Position numbers and translations under genes: made by a program | Shown: positions 1 through 8,946 of the stretch, piece by piece | Layout of the letters: each line of letters opens with the position of its first letter | Numbering within the stretch: position 1 is the first letter of the stretch | Notes under the pieces: model-generated | Told to the model about the DNA's origin: nothing | The model's database searches: none | The model's input: only the letters and a program-made list of their open reading frames with translations | From: Halobacteriales archaeon | Lineage (GTDB): Archaea > Halobacteriota > Halobacteria > Halobacteriales > Hikarchaeaceae | Length of the DNA stretch: 60,251 nucleotides | Direction: 5' to 3' | Assembly: GCA_022450005.1 (NCBI GenBank) | Contig: JAKURE010000003.1 | Coordinates: 1 to 60,251, forward strand

Positions 1-639
1 TATCTTTCTGAGAATATAATCACATCTTTAATTCGGAATAAATTTCCGGATCATGATATCATATCGGAAGAAACTGTTTGGGAAGATAATAACTCAAAGT
101 ATAGGTGGGTGATAGATCCATTGGATGGGACTGGGAATTTCATACACAAAAATCCCAATTATTCGGTTTCGGTTGCTTTGTTGGAGGAAAATGATCCATT
201 GGTTGGGGTCATTTACATTCCAGAAATTGATCAGTTGTATTCGGCCGTGAGAGGGGGAAATGCGATGGTGAATGGAAATATCATTAAAACGACAATTAGG
301 GGGGAGATCCGAGAAAGTATGTTGATAACAGGTCATGATCCAAAAGGGGAATTATTATCGAGCTTATATCCAGTGGTCAAGGGAGTGAGAAGATATGGTT
401 CTGCTGCGATCAATCTAGCGTACTTGGCGTGTGGGAGTGCAGATGTCGTGTGGGAGTGGGATACAAATCCATGGGATGTTGCGGCAGGAATCTTGATAGT
501 TGAGTGTGCAGGTGGAAGGGTTACTAAGAAAAATGGAGAAGAATATATATTAGATTTTAAAATTGACAATGTCAACGAAATGTTAGCTTCTAATGGTCAA
601 CTTCATTCGAATATTTTAGTGGAAATTAATAAAGACTAG
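1..639 (+). CDS. suhB: Inositol monophosphatase family protein (IMPase/FBPase-like), 5' end cut by window edge
   Basis: Frame 1 is open from base 1 (YLSENIITSL...). IMPase motifs WVIDPLDGT and WDVAAG are present. The listed ATG at 109 falls inside the conserved domain, so the gene starts upstream of the window. Confidence 0.8.
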   Translation, partial: YLSENIITSLIRNKFPDHDIISEETVWEDNNSKYRWVIDPLDGTGNFIHKNPNYSVSVALLEENDPLVGVIYIPEIDQLYSAVRGGNAMVNGNIIKTTIRGEIRESMLITGHDPKGELLSSLYPVVKGVRRYGSAAINLAYLACGSADVVWEWDTNPWDVAAGILIVECAGGRVTKKNGEEYILDFKIDNVNEMLASNGQLHSNILVEINKD

Positions 640-2495
640 TCGTGGGGGTGGAAGAGTTTTATTGCTGTTTTTACATCTTCTTTTCGTCCGAGGAGTGTGA
701 TGTGATCTCCACGTTCTAGGATAAAATCTCCATGGGGAATGATATCTTCACTATCCCGTCTGATGAGTGCTATTAGACAGCTAGAAGGCAGAGTAGAAGC
801 AATAGAACTAACTGTTTTTCCGGTGAATTGGGAAGATGTTAGTGTTATTTCTTGTACATCTCCTGTTCGGCTTAGTTCGGTCATCCATGCGTTTAATGCG
901 GGTCGCTCGATTATGTTGTCTATTGCAAGTGCAGTGGCATGGGAAGATGAAACTGCTATTACACCCATATCTTCAAACTGAGGTACGTTGTCAGGATTAT
1001 TAACTCTAGAAAAGATTGTATCAATACCAAATTCATTTTTAGCCAATTGAGATATCAGAAGGTTTGCCCCGTCGTCTCCTGTGGCCGCAATAAGTATTTT
1101 TGCATTGTTTGCTTTGGCTTTTTCTAGGGTCTTTATACGGGTCCCATCCCCAAGTACTGCGGAAAAGCCACCAGAGGATAGTGATTCAATCTGAGCTTCG
1201 TCTTGTTCTATAATCAAAATACTCTCGCCACGGTCAGATAGGCGGGAAGAAAGGGAACGGCCCACTCTCCCACCTCCAATGATTATTACACGCATAGGTA
1301 TCACATTTAAATATTCTGCTATGTATCTAGAAAAGCCGGCTTCTAATGAAACTGTTGTGAAAATGACTAGAAACACGGTTCCAACTACCACACTTGCTTC
1401 ACGGATGAGGCCCAGTGATTGGAGATGTATAGCGAATAACATAGATATTGATGCGGGAATGATTCCGCGGGGGGCCACCGCCATCATAAATATTTTTTCG
1501 GCCGAAGTGAATCGATTCCCAGTTATTGAAAGGTAAACAGATAGAGATCGGACAAAGACCATGATGAAGACCACAACCAATACTCCAGAAATGCCTAGGG
1601 ACAATAGAATTTGTAGGTCGAGTAAAGCTGCCAGAATTATAAAAATAAAAGAAAGAACTAACAAAGTTATATCTCCTTTAAACTCAGAAATTTCACGTTC
1701 GTAGGAGATCGAAGAATTTCCTATCATAATCCCCGCAGTGGCTGCTGCGACTATCCCAGATTCGGGAGTGATGTAATTTGAAATTGCAAATGAAGCGATT
1801 GCGACCATTAAAACCAATAATCGGGTTAATTGAGGGGCATTTGAAGGAGGAATAAGAGATAATTTGAGGAAATTTAGTAAAGCAAATGCGGTTAAAATGC
1901 CAACCAAAAGTCCAACCCCAAGTTTAAGAATAAAAATTGGGAAAAGGTCGAAAATAGAACTTGTATTCATCAATATTGCTTCAAAAAAGACAATAGCCAA
2001 AATTGCAGCAGTAACATCGTTTACTATCCCTTCTGTTTCTAGGATTGTAGCGACCCGTTGTCGTACGGGTACCACTTTTAAAATTGGCATGATGACAGTT
2101 GGACCGGTGGCGATCAACAAAGAACCAACAAGTAAAGAAACCATCCAGTTTACATGGAGTAAATAATGCACGAGTGCGGCAGTTCCAATTAATGAAACAA
2201 CTGCTCCAATCGTTAGAAGTCTTGCCGTCTCTGTGGGAACTTTAAGGAGTTTTTTTATTCGGATATGGAATGCACCCTCAAAGATAATTATTGCCACAGA
2301 TATCCCCACGATATCATTTAAAGCATTCCCAAAGGATAGTGGATTGAGAAGTCCAATTCCATAGGGGCCGAGTAGGACACCGAAGGTTAATAGAAAAACT
2401 ACACTAGGTATTGAAAATCTAGCCGCGATGAGTTGGGCGATTACTCCCGCGATGATTATAACTGCAAATATGGTAATTAGGTTTGACTCGATCAT
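636..2495 (-). CDS. Cation:proton antiporter (CPA family) fused to RCK/TrkA-N and TrkA-C domains
   Basis: 619 aa. The N-terminal ~390 aa is strongly hydrophobic and multi-helical. It is followed by the Rossmann motif IIGGGRVGRS and a TrkA-C-like C-terminus. Confidence 0.8.
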   Translation of the reverse strand: MIESNLITIFAVIIIAGVIAQLIAARFSIPSVVFLLTFGVLLGPYGIGLLNPLSFGNALNDIVGISVAIIIFEGAFHIRIKKLLKVPTETARLLTIGAVVSLIGTAALVHYLLHVNWMVSLLVGSLLIATGPTVIMPILKVVPVRQRVATILETEGIVNDVTAAILAIVFFEAILMNTSSIFDLFPIFILKLGVGLLVGILTAFALLNFLKLSLIPPSNAPQLTRLLVLMVAIASFAISNYITPESGIVAAATAGIMIGNSSISYEREISEFKGDITLLVLSFIFIILAALLDLQILLSLGISGVLVVVFIMVFVRSLSVYLSITGNRFTSAEKIFMMAVAPRGIIPASISMLFAIHLQSLGLIREASVVVGTVFLVIFTTVSLEAGFSRYIAEYLNVIPMRVIIIGGGRVGRSLSSRLSDRGESILIIEQDEAQIESLSSGGFSAVLGDGTRIKTLEKAKANNAKILIAATGDDGANLLISQLAKNEFGIDTIFSRVNNPDNVPQFEDMGVIAVSSSHATALAIDNIIERPALNAWMTELSRTGDVQEITLTSSQFTGKTVSSIASTLPSSCLIALIRRDSEDIIPHGDFILERGDHITLLGRKEDVKTAIKLFHPHD

Positions 2496-2538
2496 ATTAA
2501 ATTGGGAAGATGAAAGTGTGGAAAATTGAAGTCACTAT

Positions 2539-4467
2539 TCAAGAATACATACTTTTAATCTCTTTGGTATATTTATCCAGGATATTTCTCCGTTTCTTTT
2601 TGAGAGAGGGAGTTAGGAGATCATTTTCTTCTGTGAATTCCTCGGGGATGATACGAAATCGTTTGATTTGTTCGTGGGGTTCAAAATTTAAATTAATTTC
2701 ATCTATGATTTTGGAAAAATGATCGATTGTTTTTTTATGTGTGCATAACTCATTGATATTAAGGGATGGTTCTCCCGCCCAAGATTCCAAAGCTGCGGTG
2801 TTTGGGACCAACAGTGAGCTAATGAATTTCTTTTCATCCCCAATAACGATGCTTTGTTCTATAAACTCATTTTGAATAAGTGCATCTTCCAAAGGAGTTG
2901 GTGCGATGTTTTTCCCAGTGGAAAGAACTAATATTTCCTTGATGCGTTCTAAAAATGTCACATATCCATCGGGTTCTAGCAAAACCATATCTCCTGTTTT
3001 GAACCAATCGCCGTCGAAGGATTCTTTTGTTTCTTTGGGTTTATTCCAATATCCAGAAAAAACACTAGGGCCACGAACGAGAAGTTCTCCAACTTCACCT
3101 AAGGTTGAAAATTCAGAATCCTTTCCAGAGGTAGGGTCTATTTTAATTTCGAGATTGGATAAAGGAGGGCCAACAGATCCTATACGTGGTTCGTCGGGGT
3201 GATTAACAGTGATTACAGGAGAAGTTTCAGAGAGACCATATCCTTCCAAAACTAAAATTCCAGCCCCATGGTATAGTGCGCATAAATCTTTAGAGAGTTT
3301 CCCCCCGCCACTGATTAAAAATTGGATATTCCCTCCAAGTGCGCTTTTGACTTTAGAATATACAAGTCGATTGGCGATGGTATGTTTAACTGATAAAACT
3401 GGATTTAAATTGGTTGAATATGCTTTTTGTTTAGCTATTTTAACCGCCCAATTAAAGATCCGTAGTTTTACAGAGGATTCGGATGCTTGGTCCCTCATCG
3501 CAACATACATTTTTTCATATACACGGGGGACACTGGATCCTGCGGTTGGGCGGACTTGAAGAAAATCCTCTTTGAGTGTGTCAGGGCTCTCTGCATAGGC
3601 TATTGTTGCTCCACTTTGGAGCATTAAGAAATGGCCCGCCATTCGTTCTAATATATGTGATAAAGGTAGGAAAGATAGAATTCGTGTGGAGCTATCGAGG
3701 GTGGGGGCTCCAGAGTTGCTGCCACGGGGGCCAAATCGTAGTTGAGAATAGTCAACATTGGATTTTATATTTGAATGGGTCAACATGACCCCTTTTGGGT
3801 CCCCGGTCGTGCCAGAAGTATATACCAATGTTGCGAGGTCTGAGGGGGATTGTGCGTCGATCCAAGATTGATATTTAGAATCTTTGAAAGATTTCTTTCC
3901 AAGGGAGTAGACATCACCAAGGGTGAGAACTTTTTTGGGGTGTTTTGAAGAAAGGGTGTCGATACTGATGATGAATTTAAGAGACTTTGCACTTTTTGTT
4001 TTTAATACTTTTTTAACTAAATCTTCATTTTCTGCTATGATCCCTATAGATTTTGAATCAGTGAGTAGATAATCGATCATGGAGGTGGAGGAATTGGGAT
4101 ACATAGTAACGGGGACTCCTCCTGCAGATAAAATGGATAGATCAGATTGTGCCCACTCCATCCTAGTGTTCGAAAATATTGCGACTTTACTTCCTTTTCG
4201 AAGGCCCAGATCACGTAGCCCGGTCGCTATGTACTGGACGGTGGAATTTAAAGCCGAGTAGCTTAATGTGGCAAATTCGTTGGGTTTTGCAGGGGGGAAA
4301 GCAAGTTTTGATAAACTTCTTTCATAAATACCACCTTTATACATTTGAGCAGGTAGGTCTTCATGTAATTTTGCGCTCTCCGCGAACATTTTTGATAGTG
4401 TCAAGTCCCCAAGTAGAGTTCCTTGTCCGATGTCTTTCCAACTCATGATAGAAATGTTATGTTCCAC
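2539..4467 (-). CDS. Long-chain acyl-CoA synthetase (AMP-forming)
   Basis: 642 aa. AMP-binding signature YTSGTTGDPKGV and the GYGLSET motif. The C-terminal region is typical of the FadD/ACSL family. Confidence 0.8.
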   Translation of the reverse strand: MEHNISIMSWKDIGQGTLLGDLTLSKMFAESAKLHEDLPAQMYKGGIYERSLSKLAFPPAKPNEFATLSYSALNSTVQYIATGLRDLGLRKGSKVAIFSNTRMEWAQSDLSILSAGGVPVTMYPNSSTSMIDYLLTDSKSIGIIAENEDLVKKVLKTKSAKSLKFIISIDTLSSKHPKKVLTLGDVYSLGKKSFKDSKYQSWIDAQSPSDLATLVYTSGTTGDPKGVMLTHSNIKSNVDYSQLRFGPRGSNSGAPTLDSSTRILSFLPLSHILERMAGHFLMLQSGATIAYAESPDTLKEDFLQVRPTAGSSVPRVYEKMYVAMRDQASESSVKLRIFNWAVKIAKQKAYSTNLNPVLSVKHTIANRLVYSKVKSALGGNIQFLISGGGKLSKDLCALYHGAGILVLEGYGLSETSPVITVNHPDEPRIGSVGPPLSNLEIKIDPTSGKDSEFSTLGEVGELLVRGPSVFSGYWNKPKETKESFDGDWFKTGDMVLLEPDGYVTFLERIKEILVLSTGKNIAPTPLEDALIQNEFIEQSIVIGDEKKFISSLLVPNTAALESWAGEPSLNINELCTHKKTIDHFSKIIDEINLNFEPHEQIKRFRIIPEEFTEENDLLTPSLKKKRRNILDKYTKEIKSMYS

Positions 4468-4543
4468 GTAGCATGAATCTTACCCTAGATTTAAAGGTGG
4501 GCGGTCTAAATTACACGTAGGGTTGGCGGTTAATAACATAGTA

Positions 4544-5764
4544 ATGGGAATTTATACAAAAATGGGGAGGGTATTCGGGGGATATCGGGGGAAAATGTTG
4601 GTGATTGTTGCGATGGGGTGGGCAATAACACAGACGGGTAGGTTCTTGCTACCACCTTTGTTGCCAGTTATAATGGAAGAGGTGGGAATATCAGTGTTAA
4701 TTGCAGGGGTGGTTTTAACAATTATGCAAGTGGTATATGCAATTGCACAATATCCAAGTGGGAAGTTGTCGGACTGGAGTGGTAGGCCAATTATTATAAT
4801 TCCGGGAATGGTTTTGATAGGGTTGAGTTTTTTCATTATCGCAGGGATAACAACTACATTTATGTTGGTATTTGCAGTGGTGTTGTTAGGGTTGGGAAGG
4901 GCCATGTATAATGTCCCTTCCAGAGCGTTGATTTCAGACCTGTACACAGGGAGAAGGGGGAGGGCAATGGGCATATTTACAGCGGGGAGTGATTTGGGAG
5001 GCATCTTTGCAGGGATACTTTCAATTGTTTTGGCAATGGTATATTTAGTATTGGTAGAAGGCGTGCCTAATTGGAGAATTATCATGGGTATTTGTGGGAT
5101 TGCTAGTTTTGTGTTGATAGGAGCTTTCGTGGGAATAAATCGAGAAAAATATAAATGGGATTGGGAAATTGCAGAAAAGGTGACATCATCAGTGAGAGGT
5201 GATGTTATGTATATAGTAGGTGAGAGGGGTCAAAGGGAAACTATCTTGGCTTTTGCTTTGTTTATTTTCGTTGCCACTGCGATGGTGAATTTTCTCCCAT
5301 TATATTTGATAGAAGGAAAAGATTTTGAGTTAGAAATTGCAGGATCTATTTTTGGTTGGTTTTTTTTATTAGGGATGGTGGTTAAACCAATAATCGGGGC
5401 GTTATCAGACCGTGCCCCCAGGTATTTAATTTCAATAGGGGGGTTATTTGTAAGTGCGGGCGGGGTCGGTTTATTAATCATTATGGAATCGGTGGTAGGA
5501 GTAATGGTTGCCATTGCCATTTTTGCAATAGGATATAAAGGACAATTTCCAGTTATTGATGCTATTTTGATGGATTCGGCGCCGAAAGACTCTACGGGGA
5601 GTCACATAGGTGCGGCGAGGAGTATATTCTTCACATTAGGGGGGTTGGGTGCAGCGTACATGGGATTTGCAATACAAAATTATAGTTATACGGTGGGAAT
5701 GATAGGGTTGGGAGTGGCGTTATTACTTGCAGCGTTATTGTTGATTCGGAATTATCAAAATTAG
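4544..5764 (+). CDS. MFS transporter
   Basis: About 12 hydrophobic helices. The ORF opens at TTG 4523 and the first ATG is at 4544, so the exact start is uncertain. Confidence 0.7.
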   Translation: MGIYTKMGRVFGGYRGKMLVIVAMGWAITQTGRFLLPPLLPVIMEEVGISVLIAGVVLTIMQVVYAIAQYPSGKLSDWSGRPIIIIPGMVLIGLSFFIIAGITTTFMLVFAVVLLGLGRAMYNVPSRALISDLYTGRRGRAMGIFTAGSDLGGIFAGILSIVLAMVYLVLVEGVPNWRIIMGICGIASFVLIGAFVGINREKYKWDWEIAEKVTSSVRGDVMYIVGERGQRETILAFALFIFVATAMVNFLPLYLIEGKDFELEIAGSIFGWFFLLGMVVKPIIGALSDRAPRYLISIGGLFVSAGGVGLLIIMESVVGVMVAIAIFAIGYKGQFPVIDAILMDSAPKDSTGSHIGAARSIFFTLGGLGAAYMGFAIQNYSYTVGMIGLGVALLLAALLLIRNYQN

Positions 5765-5779
5765 TAGATATAGGAGGGA

Positions 5780-6451
5780 TTATTTGGGGAAAATGGGAGT
5801 TCCAATTTGATAAGATGAAGTGGGTTTTCCTGGGAAGTTTACATATCGATATAATTTGGCATGGGCGTCATCCAGAACGTTTGAACCGTGGAAAAGTAGT
5901 GCTGAATTGAAATCATATTGTAGTATTTTCTCTAAAGTTTCTTCTGCTTGATTTAAATTTACAGTATGGACAGCAGGGGGGAGATGGAATTGGCCAGCAG
6001 GTAGTCCACGCTGATCCGCTCCAGAAATTGCATCTCCAGGTATGATGATTTTGGCCTTTTCATCTATTAAACCATAATTATCATCTTTGTGCCCAGGGAG
6101 ATAGATTGTTTCGAACCTACCGATCTGTTCCCCTTCTTGGTATCTGTGGTCGGGGGTGTGTTCGGAGGGGAAATCAGACTCTACGGGGACCCAAGTTTCT
6201 ACATCGTATGTGTCTACTAATGCATCGAACGCGCCTACGTGGTCACCATCCCCATGGGTAATAATCAACCTACCAGGTGTTAGGCCAGATTCTTCAATTC
6301 CTTTGAGTAATGCCTCAGTAGTATCTCTTCTGGCACAATCAACTAAAGTTGGGACATCATCATCGAATAGATATGCACGGTATCGGTTGTTTCCTTCGGC
6401 TACGAGACAGGTTATGTCATAAACACCTGGAAAAATTTCTTCAACAGACAT
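5780..6451 (-). CDS. MBL-fold metallo-hydrolase
   Basis: 223 aa. Metal-binding motif THGDGDHVG (HxHxDH-like), plus later conserved H and D residues (LPGH, HGS). Confidence 0.75.
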   Translation of the reverse strand: MSVEEIFPGVYDITCLVAEGNNRYRAYLFDDDVPTLVDCARRDTTEALLKGIEESGLTPGRLIITHGDGDHVGAFDALVDTYDVETWVPVESDFPSEHTPDHRYQEGEQIGRFETIYLPGHKDDNYGLIDEKAKIIIPGDAISGADQRGLPAGQFHLPPAVHTVNLNQAEETLEKILQYDFNSALLFHGSNVLDDAHAKLYRYVNFPGKPTSSYQIGTPIFPK

Positions 6452-6549
6452 ACTATAGATATTAATGTCGAAGATAATGATAGTTATCCTTTAAATTAAA
6501 TTTTAAAAAAATGTGTTTGTTTTAAGTTAATCGGGGGAATATTGCAGAT

Positions 6550-6918
6550 ATGGAAAAATATAAAATAGCGTCTATTGGGGAGATGGAGAGGGTTAAATCA
6601 AAATTTACTGAGGTTTTTAATTCGGGTTTGACAGATGTATTGGAATTAAAAACTATGAGGGGGAAATTTTGGTTCGTCCCACCAGGAGAGGAGATAGTTT
6701 TCCACAAACATGGTGTTCAAGAGGAAATATATTATCAGATAAAAGGACCGGGTAAGATATTATTTGGAGAGGATAGAGACGAGGTTGTTGAAGTGGCAGA
6801 GGGATCCATAGTTAGTGTCCCTCCAGAAACGTGGAGACAGGTGGTAAATGACACAGAGGAAGAACATATTTGGCTTATAATAGGTTCGCCCCCAGTAGAT
6901 AAAGATGGAATTCATTGA
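6550..6918 (+). CDS. Cupin domain protein
   Basis: 122 aa. Cupin-like motif FHKHGVQEEIYYQIKGPG and a second beta-barrel segment. Confidence 0.6.
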   Translation: MEKYKIASIGEMERVKSKFTEVFNSGLTDVLELKTMRGKFWFVPPGEEIVFHKHGVQEEIYYQIKGPGKILFGEDRDEVVEVAEGSIVSVPPETWRQVVNDTEEEHIWLIIGSPPVDKDGIH

Positions 6919-6944
6919 CCGAGTTAGGTGAGTATATAAAATAA

Positions 6945-7355
6945 TTAGATATACCCAGGGACTTGGATCACATAATGCCCATCTTCTTGAATTGCGATAA
7001 TACATTCGTCTCGATTATATAACTCCATTAAATTAAGCTCGTACTGGCCTGGCTCAAGAATTTTAATACTTTCAAATTGAGTACTCAACTCAACTTGGAG
7101 TTTTTCTATATACTCGGGAGAAGGGGGAGTTGGAGTGGGAGGTTCGTAATGATAATTTAAATTTAAATTTTGGGGAGAAGGGGGGGAAGAATGGTCGGGT
7201 GGAGCTTCAATAATTGGTGATTTATGGAAGGGCTCGGGGTTGGCCCCAGTGGGAATGAATTGAAATTTTTTCCCCCCACAAACAGTGCAGCCAGCTAGCA
7301 TTTTTTTAGATCCATCAGAAAATAGTTCCCCACAGCTAGTACATTGATGTGGCAT
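6945..7355 (-). CDS. oapA: Zn-ribbon protein, origin-associated (OapA-like)
   Basis: 136 aa. N-terminal CxxC...CxxC ribbon (CTSCGE...CTVCGG), a Pro-rich linker and a C-terminal domain. Its start overlaps the upstream stop by 1 nt (TAATG). It is the last gene of a three-gene operon next to oriC/orc1, as I recall for haloarchaeal oapABC. Confidence 0.6.
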   Translation of the reverse strand: MPHQCTSCGELFSDGSKKMLAGCTVCGGKKFQFIPTGANPEPFHKSPIIEAPPDHSSPPSPQNLNLNYHYEPPTPTPPSPEYIEKLQVELSTQFESIKILEPGQYELNLMELYNRDECIIAIQEDGHYVIQVPGYI

Positions 7356-7744
7356 TAGCTTTGAGATATGAAAGTTGTTATCAACTTTTCATCTTTATGA
7401 AGTGTTTCGATGCGGTTTGCAGGTCCGATGACAGTTAATTTAGAAGGGGTTCGCCTTCCCATTAACTTGTTAATAAATGCAGACCCGCTAGGGGTGGAGG
7501 GGAGGTGTGTTTCAATTTCAATTCCAGTGAATCCATCAGGATTAATTTCAGACATTGTTACCTCAATAAGCTTGGATTCTTCATCGGGTGAGAGGCCGGT
7601 TTCTAGTATAACAATTTTATCACTCCGCACACCATCCAAAATCATTCTAATTTTTTCCATGGTGGTTAATTCATCCATTTTTTGGCTGCTAATTAGATCA
7701 ATTTGTATTCCAGTTTTTTGTTTTAATTTTTGCATATTTATCAC
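7355..7744 (-). CDS. oapB: DUF2073-like protein, origin-associated (OapB-like)
   Basis: 129 aa, no catalytic motif recognised. It overlaps both neighbours (ATGA at 7741-7744, TAATG at 7353-7357). The family assignment comes from size and context. Confidence 0.55.
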   Translation of the reverse strand: MINMQKLKQKTGIQIDLISSQKMDELTTMEKIRMILDGVRSDKIVILETGLSPDEESKLIEVTMSEINPDGFTGIEIETHLPSTPSGSAFINKLMGRRTPSKLTVIGPANRIETLHKDEKLITTFISQS

Positions 7745-8385
7745 CCGAAATAATCTGCTATTTTATCATACACCTCATCCATATTTTCCCCTTCTAATGC
7801 AGATAGTGGTACGGTTTTATGTTGGGGGAAGGATTGTTCAATTAAAGTTGGATCTGACTTCTTCAGATCGATCTTATTAGCAAAAATTAGAACAGGTAGT
7901 TTCCTACTTTCTATAATGCCAATCAACATTGTGTTGACTTGGGTGAATGGATCTTGTGTGGAATCTAACACATAAATTACTCCATCGATATCTTCACGTA
8001 ACCAATGCATGGCCTCCGCAACTCCTTCTGTGGCTTCGCGGGATCGACGTATCGCGTCTTTCTTAGACATTCCAAAATCAAGAAATTCACGATAATCAAT
8101 TTTTGTGGTCACACCAGGGGTGTCTACAATATCGATAGTGACAATTTTACCATTCCTTTCAATTTCTATATTTTCTTTTCTTCGAGCCCTGCGGGTCTCG
8201 TGGGGGATTTTACTTTCTGCCCCAACAATATCACCAGTCCAGTCTCGTACTATACGATTTGCGAGTGTTGTTTTTCCTGCATTTGGTGGACCATATATTC
8301 CAATACGTTTTGGCTTGGACCCAGAAAAAAGTTTATCTGTCGCTCGCGAAATGCTATCTCTAAGTTGTTTTAGTAAACCCATCAT
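7741..8385 (-). CDS. oapC: Era-like small GTPase, origin-associated (OapC-like)
   Basis: 214 aa. G1 GPPNAGKTT, G3 DTPG, G4 NKID, G5 SAL. It is transcribed divergently from orc1 across the origin. Confidence 0.75.
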   Translation of the reverse strand: MMGLLKQLRDSISRATDKLFSGSKPKRIGIYGPPNAGKTTLANRIVRDWTGDIVGAESKIPHETRRARRKENIEIERNGKIVTIDIVDTPGVTTKIDYREFLDFGMSKKDAIRRSREATEGVAEAMHWLREDIDGVIYVLDSTQDPFTQVNTMLIGIIESRKLPVLIFANKIDLKKSDPTLIEQSFPQHKTVPLSALEGENMDEVYDKIADYFG

Positions 8386-8517
8386 TTACATTGCCTCACA
8401 GATGAAACCAAATTATACTATATTTGGCATCTTCTCATCTATAACATAAATGCTATGTCTAATCACTTAAGCTTATGTCAGACATATGTCAGTCACATAG
8501 ATTGTATGGAGTAGGTA

Positions 8518-8537
8518 CCCCTTTATTTCCGGTGGAA
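8518..8537 (-). promoter_or_regulatory. ORB element 1 (Orc1/Cdc6 binding box), inverted orientation
   Basis: The reverse complement reads TTCCACCGGAAATAAAGGGG: a dyad (TTCC..GGAA) plus a G-string, as in archaeal ORBs. Confidence 0.75.
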
Positions 8538-8539
8538 TT

Positions 8540-8720
8540 AGTTTCTTTGAAGTTTTTCTTGGAATTAAAAATAAATATATTTTATTTCATCCTTTTTTCG
8601 TTTGATTTTAAACTTTAATTTCATCTTTTTTTAGGTGAAATTTTTATCTTTTATAGGGATGAATCATAATAAATATTTTCTTTTTAAAAATATAAACATA
8701 AAAACCTAATATAATAAATA
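8540..8720. other. AT-rich duplex unwinding element (DUE) candidate
   Basis: About 180 bp, almost entirely A/T with repeated ATTTCATC and T-tract motifs. It is bracketed by ORB 1 and ORB 2 in opposite orientation. Confidence 0.7.
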
Positions 8721-8721
8721 A

Positions 8722-8743
8722 CTCCAGTGGAAATGAAAGGGGG
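8722..8743 (+). promoter_or_regulatory. ORB element 2, forward orientation
   Basis: CTCCAGTGGAAATGAAAGGGGG, a near-perfect match to the archaeal ORB dyad TTCCAGTGGAAA plus G-string. Confidence 0.8.
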
Positions 8744-8750
8744 TGGGGGA

Positions 8751-8766
8751 CCATTTCTACTGGAAC
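8751..8766 (-). promoter_or_regulatory. Mini-ORB (dyad only), inverted orientation
   Basis: The reverse complement reads GTTCCAGTAGAAATGG. No G-string on the correct side. It overlaps the palindrome GGAACTTT-TCG-AAAGTTCC at 8762-8780. Confidence 0.55.
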
Positions 8767-8883
8767 TTTTCGAAAGTTCCTGTTATAACCAAAGGACTAA
8801 CCAAACGATATCTGTTGGTTTTTATATATTTTATATATTTTGTATATATATCTCCACTTTCAAATAAATACTTTCTAGAGAAA

Positions 8884-8901
8884 CCTTTATTTCTATTGGA
8901 A
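8884..8901 (-). promoter_or_regulatory. Degenerate ORB-like element
   Basis: The reverse complement reads TTCCAATAGAAATAAAGG. It resembles ORB 1 but has a weak dyad and a short G-run. Confidence 0.4.
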
Positions 8902-8946
8902 ATATATGAAGATACTACTGGAAATTTATAAAAACGAGGCAAAACG

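Larger units (their letters stand above)
8386..8946. other. Chromosomal replication origin (oriC) candidate
   Basis: The largest non-coding gap in the window (561 bp), directly upstream of orc1/cdc6. An AT-rich core is flanked by inverted ORB elements. Confidence 0.85.

Noticed and set aside
4552-5085. Long antisense ORFs inside confident genes (also 16140-16589, 49402-49806, 51026-51451, 57199-57591, 32677-33081)
   Set aside because: Each lies fully within a gene with clear family motifs on the other strand. Each translates to Ser/Pro/Thr/Ile-rich sequence without motifs, as expected for shadow ORFs.
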